From: Vicugna vicugna
Taxonomy: Eukaryota
NCBI GenBank assembly: GCA_013265495.1
Contig: MU058221.1
Coordinates: 2,232,001-2,296,000 of the forward strand
Direction: 5' to 3'
Length of the DNA: 64,000 nt
The notes beneath the pieces were generated by a model. That model saw only the letters and a list, made by a program, of their open reading frames with translations, did no database searches and had not been told where the DNA came from. Below, in pieces: positions 13,350 to 25,622 of this stretch. How positions within the stretch are numbered: the stretch's first letter is position 1; every line of letters begins with the position of its first letter. The position numbers were made by a program, and so were the translations under genes.

Positions 13350-13475
13350 ACCCCGAGTCAGTATTTATTGAAACCCCTTTAGTTGCCAGGCATGGGGCTG
13401 CGCAGGAGGGGCCCCTGGGAACAAGGCGGACACAGACCTTACCTGTCAGCTCTGCCCGGTTCAGTCTCTTAGCTG
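13350..13475 (-). mobile_element. L2 3' fragment
   Basis: GTATTTATTGAAACCCC...TGCCAGGCA...ACAAGGCGGACACAGACC is typical of the L2 3' end. Confidence 0.45.
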
Positions 13476-14602
13476 ACAGACCTCATCCCGACACCTGGGA
13501 ACGGCCCACCGGACCTAGCCAGCCTTCCTGCGTGAAGATGCTGTACTTCATTTACGGTGCAAAGCCAGGGAACCAGATACTCGGATCATGTAGTCAGCAA
13601 GACGTACATGCCCGGCGTATGCTCAGAGCGGGGTCTGGGCTTACTGGCGCTGACCCCGACAGGACGTCTGCCCTTCCCGCTTACGGGCCCCGGAGCAGGC
13701 AGCTGGTGACAGACCGCCGGGTCACTGCGGTGTGGTCCGCACTCCCGACACTGGGTCACAGCGCAGAAATCAGAGCCTGCAAAGAACAGTCGAGGGGAGA
13801 CCTGGAAACTTAAGCTTGTGGTTTGCAACAGAGGGCCCAACACGGACAATCCAGGGGCCCACCTTTGAAATATGCCAGTGTCATCAGTGTGTGAAGAAAA
13901 TTCTAGAGCAGAAGAGAAAACCACTTCAAATTCTATGCATTCGTCCTAAGAAGTCGTCATGTTCAATGAACAAAGAAGGAGAAGGGCTCACACATAGTGA
14001 CAGCGTTTGTTTTAACCATTTCACTCAGCCTATTAAGGATTCATTAAAGACAGTGGGCAGGCACATGCTTTAGTCAGGGCACTGTGCTTTATGTACCACA
14101 TTTGCTCGTAAGCATATACATCACCATTCTCAGAAGAGCAGAGGGCAAATGACGTCTCTCAGTGCTTTTACTTTTTCTCAAAAATAAATGCATTGGTTTT
14201 TTTTTAAAAAATCATTTGATTCTTTAACACATATTTCTTGTATTGGAAAATACAAAATTAAACAGGGCAGGAAAAAGAAAAAAAACATGCTGTATTGTTT
14301 CATCACCCAACACAATTGCTTTACCGTGTGATGTCAGTCTTGCCAGTATTCTTCCATTTGAAGGCTTTTGTGTTCTTTTTCTATGTCGTTAGCATCTTGT
14401 GTGTTCAGTGTGGTCAGTCTTCTATCTCTTTATTTTTTTTTAAATGACAGTTTAGCTTTCCACTTCAAAGCAGCGAGCGCGAGATGTTCTAACTTGTTTG
14501 AGTTATGTCAGTTTATTTCTTTGAGTAACTGGTATGTGCCAAGTACCCTGGAGACGAAGAGCTCAATAAGTCGTCAGCCCTGCCCCCGGGGGCTGTAGAG
14601 AA

Positions 14603-14900
14603 ATTCATTTATTCAAGAGAGATGTAGTTGAGTGCCCACTGTGTCCGCACGCAGTGCTGGGCACCACAGATCCAGTGGTCCAGACAGTCTGTTAGGGCAG
14701 ACTCCCCAGTGATCCAGTGACGCCTCTGCTGTGTGCGGGACCCGGGACCGAGCTGCGCACGGGTCCTCAATTAAACCTGGGGTGTTAGGGGTAAAACGCT
14801 TCAAGGACAGGTGATGTTTGGCTGGTTTTTAAAGGAGTTTGCTGAAAAGGGAGGAAAGGATATTCTAGGCAGACGGAAGTCCGTGGCAAAGAAAGGGCGT
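14603..14900 (-). mobile_element. L2 3' fragment
   Basis: ATTCATTTATTCAA...GTTGAGTGCCCACTGTGT...GTGCTGGGCAC; GGTGATGTTTGGCTGGTTTTTAAAGGA. Confidence 0.6.
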
Positions 14901-17900
14901 AAAACTCAGGCATCATCAGAATGGGCGGAGCCTTCTGCACCCGTCCAGTCTACGCCCTCCCCTCCCAGACGGGAACTGAGGTGCAGAGAGGGTAATGGAC
15001 TGAATGAAGCTCACACAGCCTGCGGAAGCCCAGCGGCAGCAGAGCCGCGCCTCTGAGCTCCGCCACGTCCGTCCGAGCGTGTGCTGCGGCCGGAAATGAA
15101 AGCTCGGGGGAGCCTCCCCGCTGCGGTTCGTCTTCAACACCGGATGACAGGAATGACCAAGCACACTTCCCAGTGATATAAATATTTGGAGATCCTTCGG
15201 CTCGCTGTGTTAATTATACCAGTGTCTGTCTGACCTTAGAGTCTATGACTTTGAATTAAAAACCGACTCTAAATCCTAGGCCAATAAGGGTTTTTTTTTT
15301 TCAAGCAGTATTTTTCTTAAATTCACATGGCAAAATATGTATCTCAGTGTCATCAAGATAAATGCCTGGCACAGACCAGTATTAAATACAGCAAAAACTT
15401 CCGTTAGCCGGGGCCCCACCGCCCTCCGTTGTAATGTGATCTTGCCTTTGCTTTCAGAGAGGAAATTGTGAGATAGAGGCGTGTTATCAGGCAACAGTAA
15501 CTTGTCAGACGCTGCGTTCTGAACCCCCACAGTGGGCTCCCCACAGTGTTGAGAACTGTTACCTTCAGTAAGAAGGGCGCCCTTTGGGAGCTTATAGTTG
15601 AAGTGAACCAAGAGAGATTTGTTTCAGAAAGCACTTCCAGGGCCACTGCACGATGAGCTAAGACTTCTGTGGTTGGGCAGAAAGACCAGGAAGAGTATTT
15701 ACAGCCACGGACCTCCGGAGGGAACATACCTTCAGAGGCTGATAGACTATGTTTTGCTGACCTGGAGGGAAAGGGGAGAATCGAGCTATAAATAATCAAA
15801 TAGCCAGGCCCCCATGACCTAGGAATTCTAACGTGTGGGTTTTCTAACATGTAAATTGTATTTTCACACTGGCTACATTATCCAAGGCTTAGTATAGCAT
15901 CCTCGTTGTGGTTTAGATCCTGCATAAGCAGAGGCCCCTTTCAGATTTCTGGGGTAATAATTTGGTTTGTTAAAAGAAATTGCAGTCATTCATGGAAAGG
16001 TTTATCATCAGTTCCAGTGGAGAACTGACTCCTTAATGAGGGTTTCCTGTTTTTCACTGAAGTCCTTCACTAACGGTGATTGGGAAGGTTTCTCTTACAC
16101 AAGATGGGTAACATTTCGTCCTAGTTAAGTTTTAAGAGCTTGAGTATCCAGCTTGGTCTAGGATTTATTTTCCTGTTTTTTCCCCTGAAATTGGAGGCTT
16201 GGAGTTCTCATTTGTTTTTTCTAAGGTTTTAAAAACAACACCCTACCATTGCCGTGATGCAGAGAAGCACTGATGTCACAGACGTTTTTATAAAGCACTG
16301 TCTCCCTTGTAACGCCGTGGCCTCAGAAAGAAGTCAGATTTAGGTTTTGCTTCGTTGCGGACTAGCAGGTCACTCGGCTGGTTTCAGCGTAGGTGCGTTT
16401 CTTTCAGCCAGAAGGAGTTAACACGGTTAGTATTTCTCGGGTGTTCGGTACGTGGGGAGTGATGGGGAAAGAGAGGCATGAAAGCCTTTCAGGACCCAGG
16501 CTCTGCTGGCGTGTCTATCAGACGAGCACACGAAGGCCGTGTGACGAGGTGGTGTAAGTGTCCCGACGGAGGGAAAAAAGAAAAAGAGGTGAAAGGGCCC
16601 AGAAGGACTTCATGATGGGAGCAGTTTGCTGAGGACACGAGGAGGCAGTGTGATAAGGCTGTCCAAAGGGAAGGTGGCGAACAGGAGGGCATTTGAAAGG
16701 AAGGCAGCAGTGAGGAATTGGGGAGGAGCTGGGATGACTGAAGCACCCGTGGTCCCCACCCCTCACCTGTGGGAAGGGCGTGCCTGGCTCCTGCAGCGGT
16801 CCCCACGGCATCTTCATCCCACAGCACTGTGCCTTCTCCGCACTAAAGGCTAGGTAAGTATGTGTTAGATAAATGAAAGGGAGGGAGGTTCCTAATCAAA
16901 CCAGCGACCCGCCCTTTCATTCATCCTCCCCCGCTGTGCGGGCGGGGTCCTGCCATACAGTCCGGCCTGCCAGCTGCCGGGGCTCCCTGTCCCCCACCAA
17001 GTTCATCTAACTAGTGAAATGGCTCTGTCTTGTGTTGCCCTGCGAGGAAGAGGAATGCCGCGGGATTAACAGGGCAGAGTAACCTCCTGGCTCACAAGCG
17101 ATGCTCCAGAGTGGGGTTGCTTGGCTTCAGCCTCAGCCTCACCAGGTGTGAGCGGCCAGTCTGGGTTTATTCCTCTCTAAAGCGGACACAGTGCTATTAC
17201 TTAACTTTGCAGTTGTGACAGTGAAATGAATTAATCCAAGGAAGGACTTCGCAGCCAACAGTGCCTGGCACACGGTGTTACTATTTTTTGTGTGTGTTGT
17301 AAAAGGAGAAGATAATGATACGAGAGAGCGAAGATACGGCACGTCAGAAGAAGAAACAGGAGGCAGTGTAACCAAGTACAAACAGTCTGTATGTCTGTTT
17401 CCAGAAAATACTGAATGACCAATAAACACTTTTAATTTAACCTATCGGTCTGATCATCCCTATCAAGTTGATTTTTAAATATGAGCCGTAGAAGTTTGGA
17501 GATTTTTATCTGCACGAGAAGGTATCATGCAAATGTTAAAATGCAGATACCTTTGAAGGAAACAGTAAACACAATTAAAGAATCTTGGCTTGGCATTGGA
17601 AGCCGCGGTAGGACGCCACGCACGCTTCATATTCTATTCGTATTCTAAGCTGCGAGTATATTACGCCCCCAAGGCCTCGTTTAGATTTGATAAGGGGATG
17701 GTGAGGGTGGGTTTATTGACTATAATTGTGTACACTTCTTTCATATTTGAAAATACTTTAGATGAAATTGGAAAGTTCCAGACCGACTGCTTTATGTGGA
17801 AAATGTGAATCTTTGCATGTGCTATATGGAGGACCGTTTTAACTTTCAGAACTGGTTATTTATTCAGAGTTCATAATAATAGGGTTTATTAAAAAAAGAA

Positions 17901-20900
17901 AAGATCCGCTAACTTTTAAAATATCTGATAATGTGAAAAACAAAATAAGACTTCCAAATGCTGAGTTTTCCATTTTCCCCTTGTTTTATGTGCTTATTTG
18001 AACATTATAGGCCAGATGGTTTTTTAAAAATATATTAACTATAACGGTAGGATGATTGATTTTTCTAAGCTTCTACAGAAATATTTTCAGAGGATAGATT
18101 CTTAGGTGCCTCTTAAAATGACTTAGTTATATGACTGAAAACGTAAGTGAAAAACAAGCGTGTGCTTCCTAATTACCGAGCGAAGGAATATTTAGACTCA
18201 GCTAAAATATAACTTGGCACCACATGTAAGCACTGGCGTTATTACTTAAGATCAATAAAGATTTTGTGAAAGAAAACATGATATAGTGGTTGTGTCAAGG
18301 AAACCGTAGCGACATGAGGAGAAGGCGTTCTGTGTGGGGGAAAACAGTGCCCTCATTGTGAACAAGAAACACACCTGGAGGTGTGTGTTCCTTCCTTTCT
18401 GTAAATTTCACATCGACCCTCTGGGGAGTGCGCAGTGTGGGCTATGGGATTTGTCGTTCCTTACAATTATGAGCTAAATAAATGAGGCCTAAAGGGAGTG
18501 CGCCTATTTCATTTTCAAATTTGCACACTTAAAATCCAATCAGGCCAACTGTTCAGATTGTCATCAGGTATGAAATACACGAGTGGGTTCGAGCCCGCGC
18601 TGTGTATGGAAGGAACGTAGCTGATCTTATGGCGAGCCTCCGCCACGGGGTCCAGCCCCAGCCCTGCGAAGAGTGCTTGCTGACTCCTTGAGCTGCTTCC
18701 GTCTCACACCCTTCGAGTCCCAGTAACCAGTGTTTTGTAGGCCAGCAGATTGCTTTTGATTTTTGAGAATTTGCGGTAACATATTGAGCTTAACAGATTT
18801 ATGCAGGAATGTAAAATAAAAATAGTGTAGCGGGCGCTTGGGATTTTAGAACACGGAGGGGGATCAGGTTTGCAGATGGCCAGGACAGACAATGGCACTG
18901 AGTGATTTAGCTGCGTAAGGTGATCTGTTGTTGACAGAATACATTAACATTTACCCAACGTATGCAGGTGTTCGGGTGGTGCGGCGCGCTCAACTCAGAG
19001 CAGGCAGTGTCATGCGTGGGTCCAAAGTTTGAAATCTCTAAAACATGCCTGGGTTTAGGGATTCAGTTGAGAGAGAGATTCTGAGAACTTGCTCCCTTCC
19101 CTCTCTTGTGAGTCAAGATCTTTTTCCCCTTCACGTAGTTTAATGTGATAAACTTTAGAACCCAGGTAAAGTCAGAGCAGCCAAGGGGCGTGCCGTGCTT
19201 TGCTTCTGCGGTGCTCCAGGAAAGATCTGGAAAGAGAGGGAGGAGGTGACCTCTTACTTAGTCCAGTGTGCTTGGTGAGACCCGTGTCCTGATTGCACCC
19301 ATCGGGGTAGGGAGGACCGCAGTTCTAGGAGCGATGGAAATGCAGCTGATTCTGGCCCTCACCTGCTCACTCAGGGTTTCCACCCCCTGCAGTATGCCTC
19401 CAGACATTTCGGGAGGCCCCAGGGGCGGGTCATGAGCTCACAGGCAGTGCAGCTCTTGCAGGAGTCACCTGCCTTCTGCTAGGAGTCACTGAGCACACCA
19501 GCCATCCATCGTCATCTCGTGCCAGGCACCTGCGAGAGCGGCGGTCTTGGGACGATGCCTGCACGCCAGCCTCCTTCTGGGAGGTGAGAGGGGATGCTCT
19601 CGCCCCCTGGATTACATCCTCAGAGAAACCCTCTCACCAGTTTGCCAAAATAAGAGGACGTGTGTAATTCCTATTCACACTCAGACAGCTACGTAGCTTC
19701 GGGCTAGTGACTGAATATAAAACCAGGCATAATGGTTTCAATCCGTGAAGCAGAAGCGCCCAGGGGCTGTCAGGGAGGGAGGCTGTGAGAGGCGGCATGG
19801 ATGCCCCTCTGCCCACTCCATGCCTGCACATCCAGAGGGGTTGGCTTGTATCCCTTTTGTACACTGAGGCTCCAGAACATTTTGCTCAAAATGTTGCTTC
19901 TGCTCTAATCAGTTAGCTTACATTGATATTTCATGACTCGTGTTTTAGCCTCACACAAAATGTTTTCCTTTGGCAGAATACCGAAGAGTCTGTGCTATTA
20001 TAAAAGTGACCCTTTGATACCTTGGGGCTATATTTACATTTAAAGAAAACACGTTGTGATTATATATTGAAAGTGATGGGAAAATGGACTTTGAGAAGGA
20101 AGAAGTACTTTCATGCTGTTTTCAAGAGCCATACTGTATGTAATATAAAGTACTCCTTTATTTATTTGAAGATATAGGCAAAAGAAACAGGAAAGGCTAT
20201 TTTGTAATTATTTCCAATCTCTAGGGTTTATTAATGACCATAAAATTTTTGAACAGTGTAATTTTTAAAACGGTAAAGCACTTGTCAAACTTTTTTTCCC
20301 CAACTGTCAGAACCAGCTTCCTTGGGAGTCTCAGTTCATCCAATTTCAATGCATATCTCGGAATACTCCCCGACCACTCTCATGGATGGAAGGACAGACG
20401 GACAAAAATAGGTATTGCAGAGACAAAATGAGTAGTGCCCTGCCTTATCCAGAGAGTCTGCAGAATCTTGACTGGTTTTCATCCACCTGGAGTCCCTGTA
20501 CTTTCTGCAGGGATTAAAGCTGATTAAGATAGGTAGATCTTGAACGGAAATGGAAAAGTCAGGTGGATCTAGTGGAAGAGGGTGAATGTGGAATCACAGA
20601 GTCGGAACATTCCAGAATGTGAGAAAAGTGGCAGAATCTCATCCAAACCCTCTTCACAAATACGACTCCCCTTTCAGCATCTCCAGCTCCTCCTACAAAA
20701 CTCCACTGACAGAGACGGGCCGTGCACTGTTGTGGGACATGCTGAGCGCTGGGTGATTCCGAGGCCGGGTCTGTGTCCTGGCCCTGCGAGACCCTGAGGG
20801 AACTAGTTAGCCTCTCCATGTCCCGATGATGGTCTTCGTTTGTAAAAGAAACGGAGTAGTGCTGTGGTGGTCATTCTCCTTTCCCCCTCCTACCCCATCC

Positions 20901-21399
20901 ATTCTTCACCGTTTTCCATCCTACTCTGTGCCCTGGAAGCGGACCCTTCAGAAAGCATCTTCCCTGCCTCTTTCCAGCATGCTACGGGGCTGGACCAGTG
21001 AGAGGGGCACCAGCAGGAGATGGAGGCGGGCGAGGGGATAGAGGGCAGGTACCTCCTCCCTGCTCTCTGACTGCTCTGGGCTGCCTGTTCTGTCTGCACC
21101 CCTCCCGGGCCACTCTGGCTCTCGCGGGCCCGTGCAGTTCTCGCCCTGCTCCGTGCACCCGAGGGCTGTTACTTGAGACTTCCACTTCCTGCTGTGGCAG
21201 TCTCTGTGAGTCTCAGTGTCCCCTGTTAGTTCCCTTAACCCTGCCCTTGCCCCTCTGTGAGCCGTCCCTTTACTAACATGTCTCGTACCACCTACATTGG
21301 ATTTTGTCTTTCTGCCCAGTACCTGTGGTGAATCTCAGATGTGCTGAGATGTTCATGTGCAACAATGCACGAAATTAAAGCATTTTATTCATTCCACGG

Positions 21400-21780
21400 G
21401 GTGATGCCAAATTCGTTCTCAGCTTTACTGCCCCAAACTACCCATTCCTTTTTCACTTGGCTCTAATTGTTACTATCTTCAGCTAAAAGGTGTTTGTTCC
21501 TAAATTCCTTTAATGATGACCTGTCCCCCTGTCACGTTAAGGAGGAAATACAGTCCCTGACAGCTCTTCAGATCCTTGAAGGGGGGTCGTTTGCACCCAG
21601 GCCTTTTCTTCTCTGAGTTGATCAGTCTGAATTGTTTCAGATGTTACTCATGTGACTTGGGAGTAAGTTTCTCCTCCATCCTGATCACACTTTTGAACAG
21701 ATTCCTATTCAAAATTGTTTCTCTTTGACTGTAAATTCAGAACTTAACTCAATATTCCAGGTTTCAGCTCACCAGACCAA
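21400..21780 (-). mobile_element. L3/CR1 LINE relic
   Basis: CTTCAGATCCTTGAAG...TTTTCTTCTC...CCATCCTGATCAC...CAGAACTTAACTCAATATTCCAG...TCACCAG matches the antisense CR1/L3 RT region. Confidence 0.6.
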
Positions 21781-21844
21781 AATTAACCTTGTTTGTTTGT
21801 TTGTTTGTCTTCCACTAGCTTTTTCTCCTTTCCTCTTCTGCAGA

Positions 21845-21976
21845 TTTTTTTTTTTTGTCGGGGAGAGGGGTGGGTAATTACGTTTATTTATTTATTTTGA
21901 TGGAGATACTGGGGATTGAACCCAGGACCTCATACCTGCTAAGCATGTGCTCTACTGCTGAGCTGTACCCTCTCCC
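21845..21976 (-). mobile_element. tRNA-derived SINE, Vic-1-like (camelid)
   Basis: Poly-T, then GGTAATTACGTTTATTTATTT and CTGGGGATTGAACCCAGGACCTC...GCTAAGCATGTGCTCTACTGCTGAGCTGTACCC (antisense Pol III B and A boxes). Confidence 0.85.
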
Positions 21977-21997
21977 TTCTTTTCTCTCTTAACCTTG

Positions 21998-22449
21998 TGT
22001 GTTAGGCAGAATAATGACCCCCCCAAAGATGTCCACATGCTAGTCCCTGGGACCTAGGAATGTGTTACCTTACATGTTTCAAGGGACTTTCCAGATATGA
22101 TTAAATTAAGGACCTTGTCCAGATGGGCTCAGTGTGATCATGATGGGCCTCAAAAGTGGGTGAGGGCAGCAGAAGAGGCGGGCAGAGCCAAACTTGCTGT
22201 CACTGACTGTGAAGAGGGGAGAAGGGGCCAAGACCCAAGGGACGGGGAAGGCTTCACGAAGCTACAGAAGGCAAAGAAGTAGATTTTCCCCTGGAGCCTC
22301 CAGAAGGGAATGATGGCCTGCGGACACCTGAGCTTTGGTCTTGGCGAGGCCTCTGTCAACCTTTGACCTACAGACGGATAATAAACTTTGGTTGTTTCAA
22401 GCCGCTGAGTTCATGGTAATTTGTGTCAGCGCGCGAGGACATGAGTGCA
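21998..22449 (+). mobile_element. MaLR solo LTR, MLT1D-like
   Basis: TGTGTTAGGCAGAATAATGACCCCCCAAAGATGTCCAC...TGTTACCTTACATG...GGAGCCTCCAGAAGG...GGTAATTTGT. 5-bp TSD CCTTG/GCTTG. Confidence 0.85.
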
Positions 22450-22597
22450 GCTTGTGTGGAACGCTGGTCTCATTTTTCCTTCTCTTTTCAGACTTCTCTC
22501 ATCATTCCAGGACGTTGAGAAAATCGTCAGTCACGTTTGCATCATCTTGGGTGTTAGCTTTCCGTGTAAGGTTCATTCACTCCTAAATTCCTTTACC

Positions 22598-22755
22598 CAA
22601 CAAGGAGCTACCATCCAGCACAGGGAACTATACTCTGTATCCTGTAATGCCCTGTAATGGAAAAGACTCTAAAAAAGAATATATATGTAACCAAATCATG
22701 GGACATTTCACATGGTAAATTAACTATACTTCAGTAAAAAATGGTTAACAAAAAA
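22598..22755 (+). mobile_element. LINE-1 3' fragment
   Basis: CAACAAGG...AGCACAGGGAACTATACTC...TAATGGAAAAGA...AACTATACTTCAGTAAAAAA. Confidence 0.75.
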
Positions 22756-25035
22756 TACATGTATACAGGCATGTAACCCCTAAAAAAAATTGTTCAGCAT
22801 GGTAACCACATTGCTAATGTAGATTTGGCCATGTCAGGACCCCATGAAAGTCCAGAAATGTGACACTTAATGCTTTTCCCCCACTTAACGCCTAGATAAT
22901 CAGCACCACTGGGGACCCTCCCCAGCTGTGTCATCATCTGGCTGCGGCTCGTCTGTCTGTCTGACCTACTAGACATTCAGGACAGAGTCGCTGAGCAGCC
23001 TTTTTGAAAGAATCGGAAGCACACTTAGAGAAATTTACACCCCCCAAGACCCCCACATCTACCACTTCAATACTTCTATCAAAAATTGGTAATAGAATAG
23101 GCTGCTGAGAAATGCGGAATGCAATTGAGAGAGTTTAAGTAATCAAACATCCCAGTCCCATCGTCACGACCATGCTGATAATTCATGTAAAGAAGATGAA
23201 TGAGTGTCGTGACTTCATTGTTCTTTTACATTCTCCGTTTCGGTGGCTGCCGTGGACTGTCTTAGGCCGCTCTTGCTGCCTGGCCTCTGTGCAGGGATGC
23301 AGGACTCCTGAAAGGGAAGTTGCAGAAAGAACTCCATGTACTCATGGCCATCCAGGAAACAGCTCGCTGCCTTGTTACCAGTGTTGTGGGGGAAACCCTT
23401 GACTCCCCTGTGCTCCTTTGCTTCAGACAAGAGTGGGTTTGCGCCCCTTCCAAGCCATTTACACAGTTAGGAGCGGCGACATTTGCTCTTTGCCGGATCG
23501 TATTTCTCCTTGTAGAGAAAGCCTGGTAGGATTTTCTTCTAGGCACTTAGTTGGAATGGGACCCCTATTAATTTGCCTCAGCTGCTGAGCGGTACTTACC
23601 ATGCTAGCCCGGGAGCCATAAAGTTCTGTTCATAGTAAGTAGGTGAACTGCCTTCTCAAACCTCTTTCTCGTGTAACTGAATTTAATGCAGAATATTCAG
23701 ATTGGCTTCGTGATGATGCTAATTCATGTTGAAAAGGTTTTGAGTTTCGGTGACCAGCCCTCAGTGTATAACAGGACAGAGAGGTTTATGAGAAAAGATG
23801 TATCCATCACCGAAATGAGTCGAAGAACTTAATTTTAGTTTAATTCTAATATTTAGTATCTTCATAGTTACTTCTTAAAATCCACTAGAGGAAATCTACT
23901 AAAGTCATATTTCCAAGATCCTGACATAAGAAAAAGCCATTCTCCTGAAGGTTGTGGGAAAGATTGTCTTGCATTTCTGCTGACTCAACTGCAAAGTTAC
24001 AATGAGTACAACTCATGCAGATGAGGAGTGGCTGATAGTAAGGGATTTGATGGTTGAACTGCTTAATCTAATTCACACGCATGTGCAAATTCAGGCAAAT
24101 GCAATATAGCTCATAATAAAAGCCCTCCACTTTTTTTTAAGTTGCTGCCTTTGCCTGGTAACAACTGACGACCATGTGCTAATGAGGAGAAAACACTTGC
24201 AAACTCTATCCTTGTCCTGCAATTGATTCTCCTTTAGCTGTGCTTGTTCAGGTAGCAAAACCATTAGCAACTTCTTGATAGTTTTTATGATCGGACTTAG
24301 CACCTCGTATCGAGCTCGCACTGAGGAGTGCATCTTCCCTTAAAAGGCTGATTTATTAGTTTATATGTAAAAGGACACTGGAGCTTATAAAGGTAACAAA
24401 GACCTTAAACATTACATCGATTTTTTTTTCCCCAGAGCTTTTTTTCCTTCTTGTTGTATCGCAGGGTAATAAAATTTCACTAGACCCACTGGATCCATAA
24501 AATCTGAAGTACAACCACCAACTGATAGAAATGAAATTGTTTGACTGGCGCGATCAGCAAGGACCCGGCTTTGAACCCTGAGCAGGATAGGTCGTTCCGT
24601 GGCCCGCGGGTGAATGACAGCCTGCTGTGCGCTGAGGGACAAGCGTGTGTTTGCAGGGGCTCCCGATTCAGTACTCGCCGGGTGACGTGGTGACCTTTAC
24701 ACAGCCATCGTGGCCTCAGAAGGAGGATCTTTAGAAATGGAAAATCAACACCAGGCCTTTTTGATAGAACTTAGATTTTCCCTTGTTTGAATTAAGTTGT
24801 GGATATAAGATATTTGATTCTGGAGTAAAGAGTAGAATAGAAAATGAGAAATTCTATTTGCAGATCTCAAGGTACATTATCTCTAAAATAGGGAGCTTTT
24901 TTAAAAAAGATGGGGAGCTGTAGGCTCGTCCTAGTGCACTGCACTGTGTGTGCTGTGCTGGACTGGAATTTTCTGAGCGTCTGTTCTGTGCTGGGCGCGT
25001 ACCAGTGCAAACTCTTGACATGTGAACTGTCAGTT

Positions 25036-25622
25036 AGTTGCCGAATCCCGGCCTCTGTGCCCTGACACTGAATTGGAATCTGGAGACAGGATTTTGGGTG
25101 AAACAGAAAAGAACAGCTTTATTTCTTGCCTAGGCAGAGGGGGACACTTGAGGCTGATGCCTCAGGACTGCGAGCCGGATTTGGGGAGGGGCAGCAGGGA
25201 GTTTTATGATGCGAGTCCAAGGGGTGGAGCTTCTGATAAACATCTGAGAACGTGCAGGGGCTGCGTTCTTTCCTCCCTGACGCAGCTGCATCGGCTGTCG
25301 GTGGGGCCTCCGTTTCTGTGGTTGTCAGACCGTGTCCTCCCCCTCCGGTGGGCCTCGGTCTGGTGTTTGGCTTCTGCACAGGAAGTTAACAGTCCTGTCT
25401 CTGGACATTTCTGTGCCTGGAACAAAGGGCGCTTAAGCGGGAGGGTGAGTGCTCTGAGGAAGAGAGAAACACGTGCCATACAGAGTCAGGCTAGAATTTG
25501 CTTTAGCATGAGGGAAGCCATTTTTGGTTACTTTTATCTGGGAGCTTCAGAGAGGAGCTACAGCGGGGAATCTGGGGGAGGGTCTGTCCCGGGGAGGCCC
25601 CATAGGGTCCTGCTGGGTTACA
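25036..25622 (-). mobile_element. ERV1-type solo LTR
   Basis: (T>A)GTTGCCGAA...GGGTTACA with perfect 4-bp TSD AGTT/AGTT. AATAAA on the minus strand near 25118. The right ~80 bp is shared with the 6056 and 49456 LTRs. Confidence 0.85.

Noticed and set aside
18368..18390. Small hairpins (ACACACCT-GG-AGGTGTGT; also CGAGGGCA/TGCCCTCG at 56341)
   Set aside because: Stems of 8 bp are expected by chance at this sequence length.
21900..21976. tRNA gene
   Set aside because: The A and B boxes belong to a SINE with an AT-rich body and poly-A tail; there is no cloverleaf.
23709..23800. C/D-box snoRNA (GTGATGA)
   Set aside because: No D box (CTGA) or terminal stem at a suitable distance.
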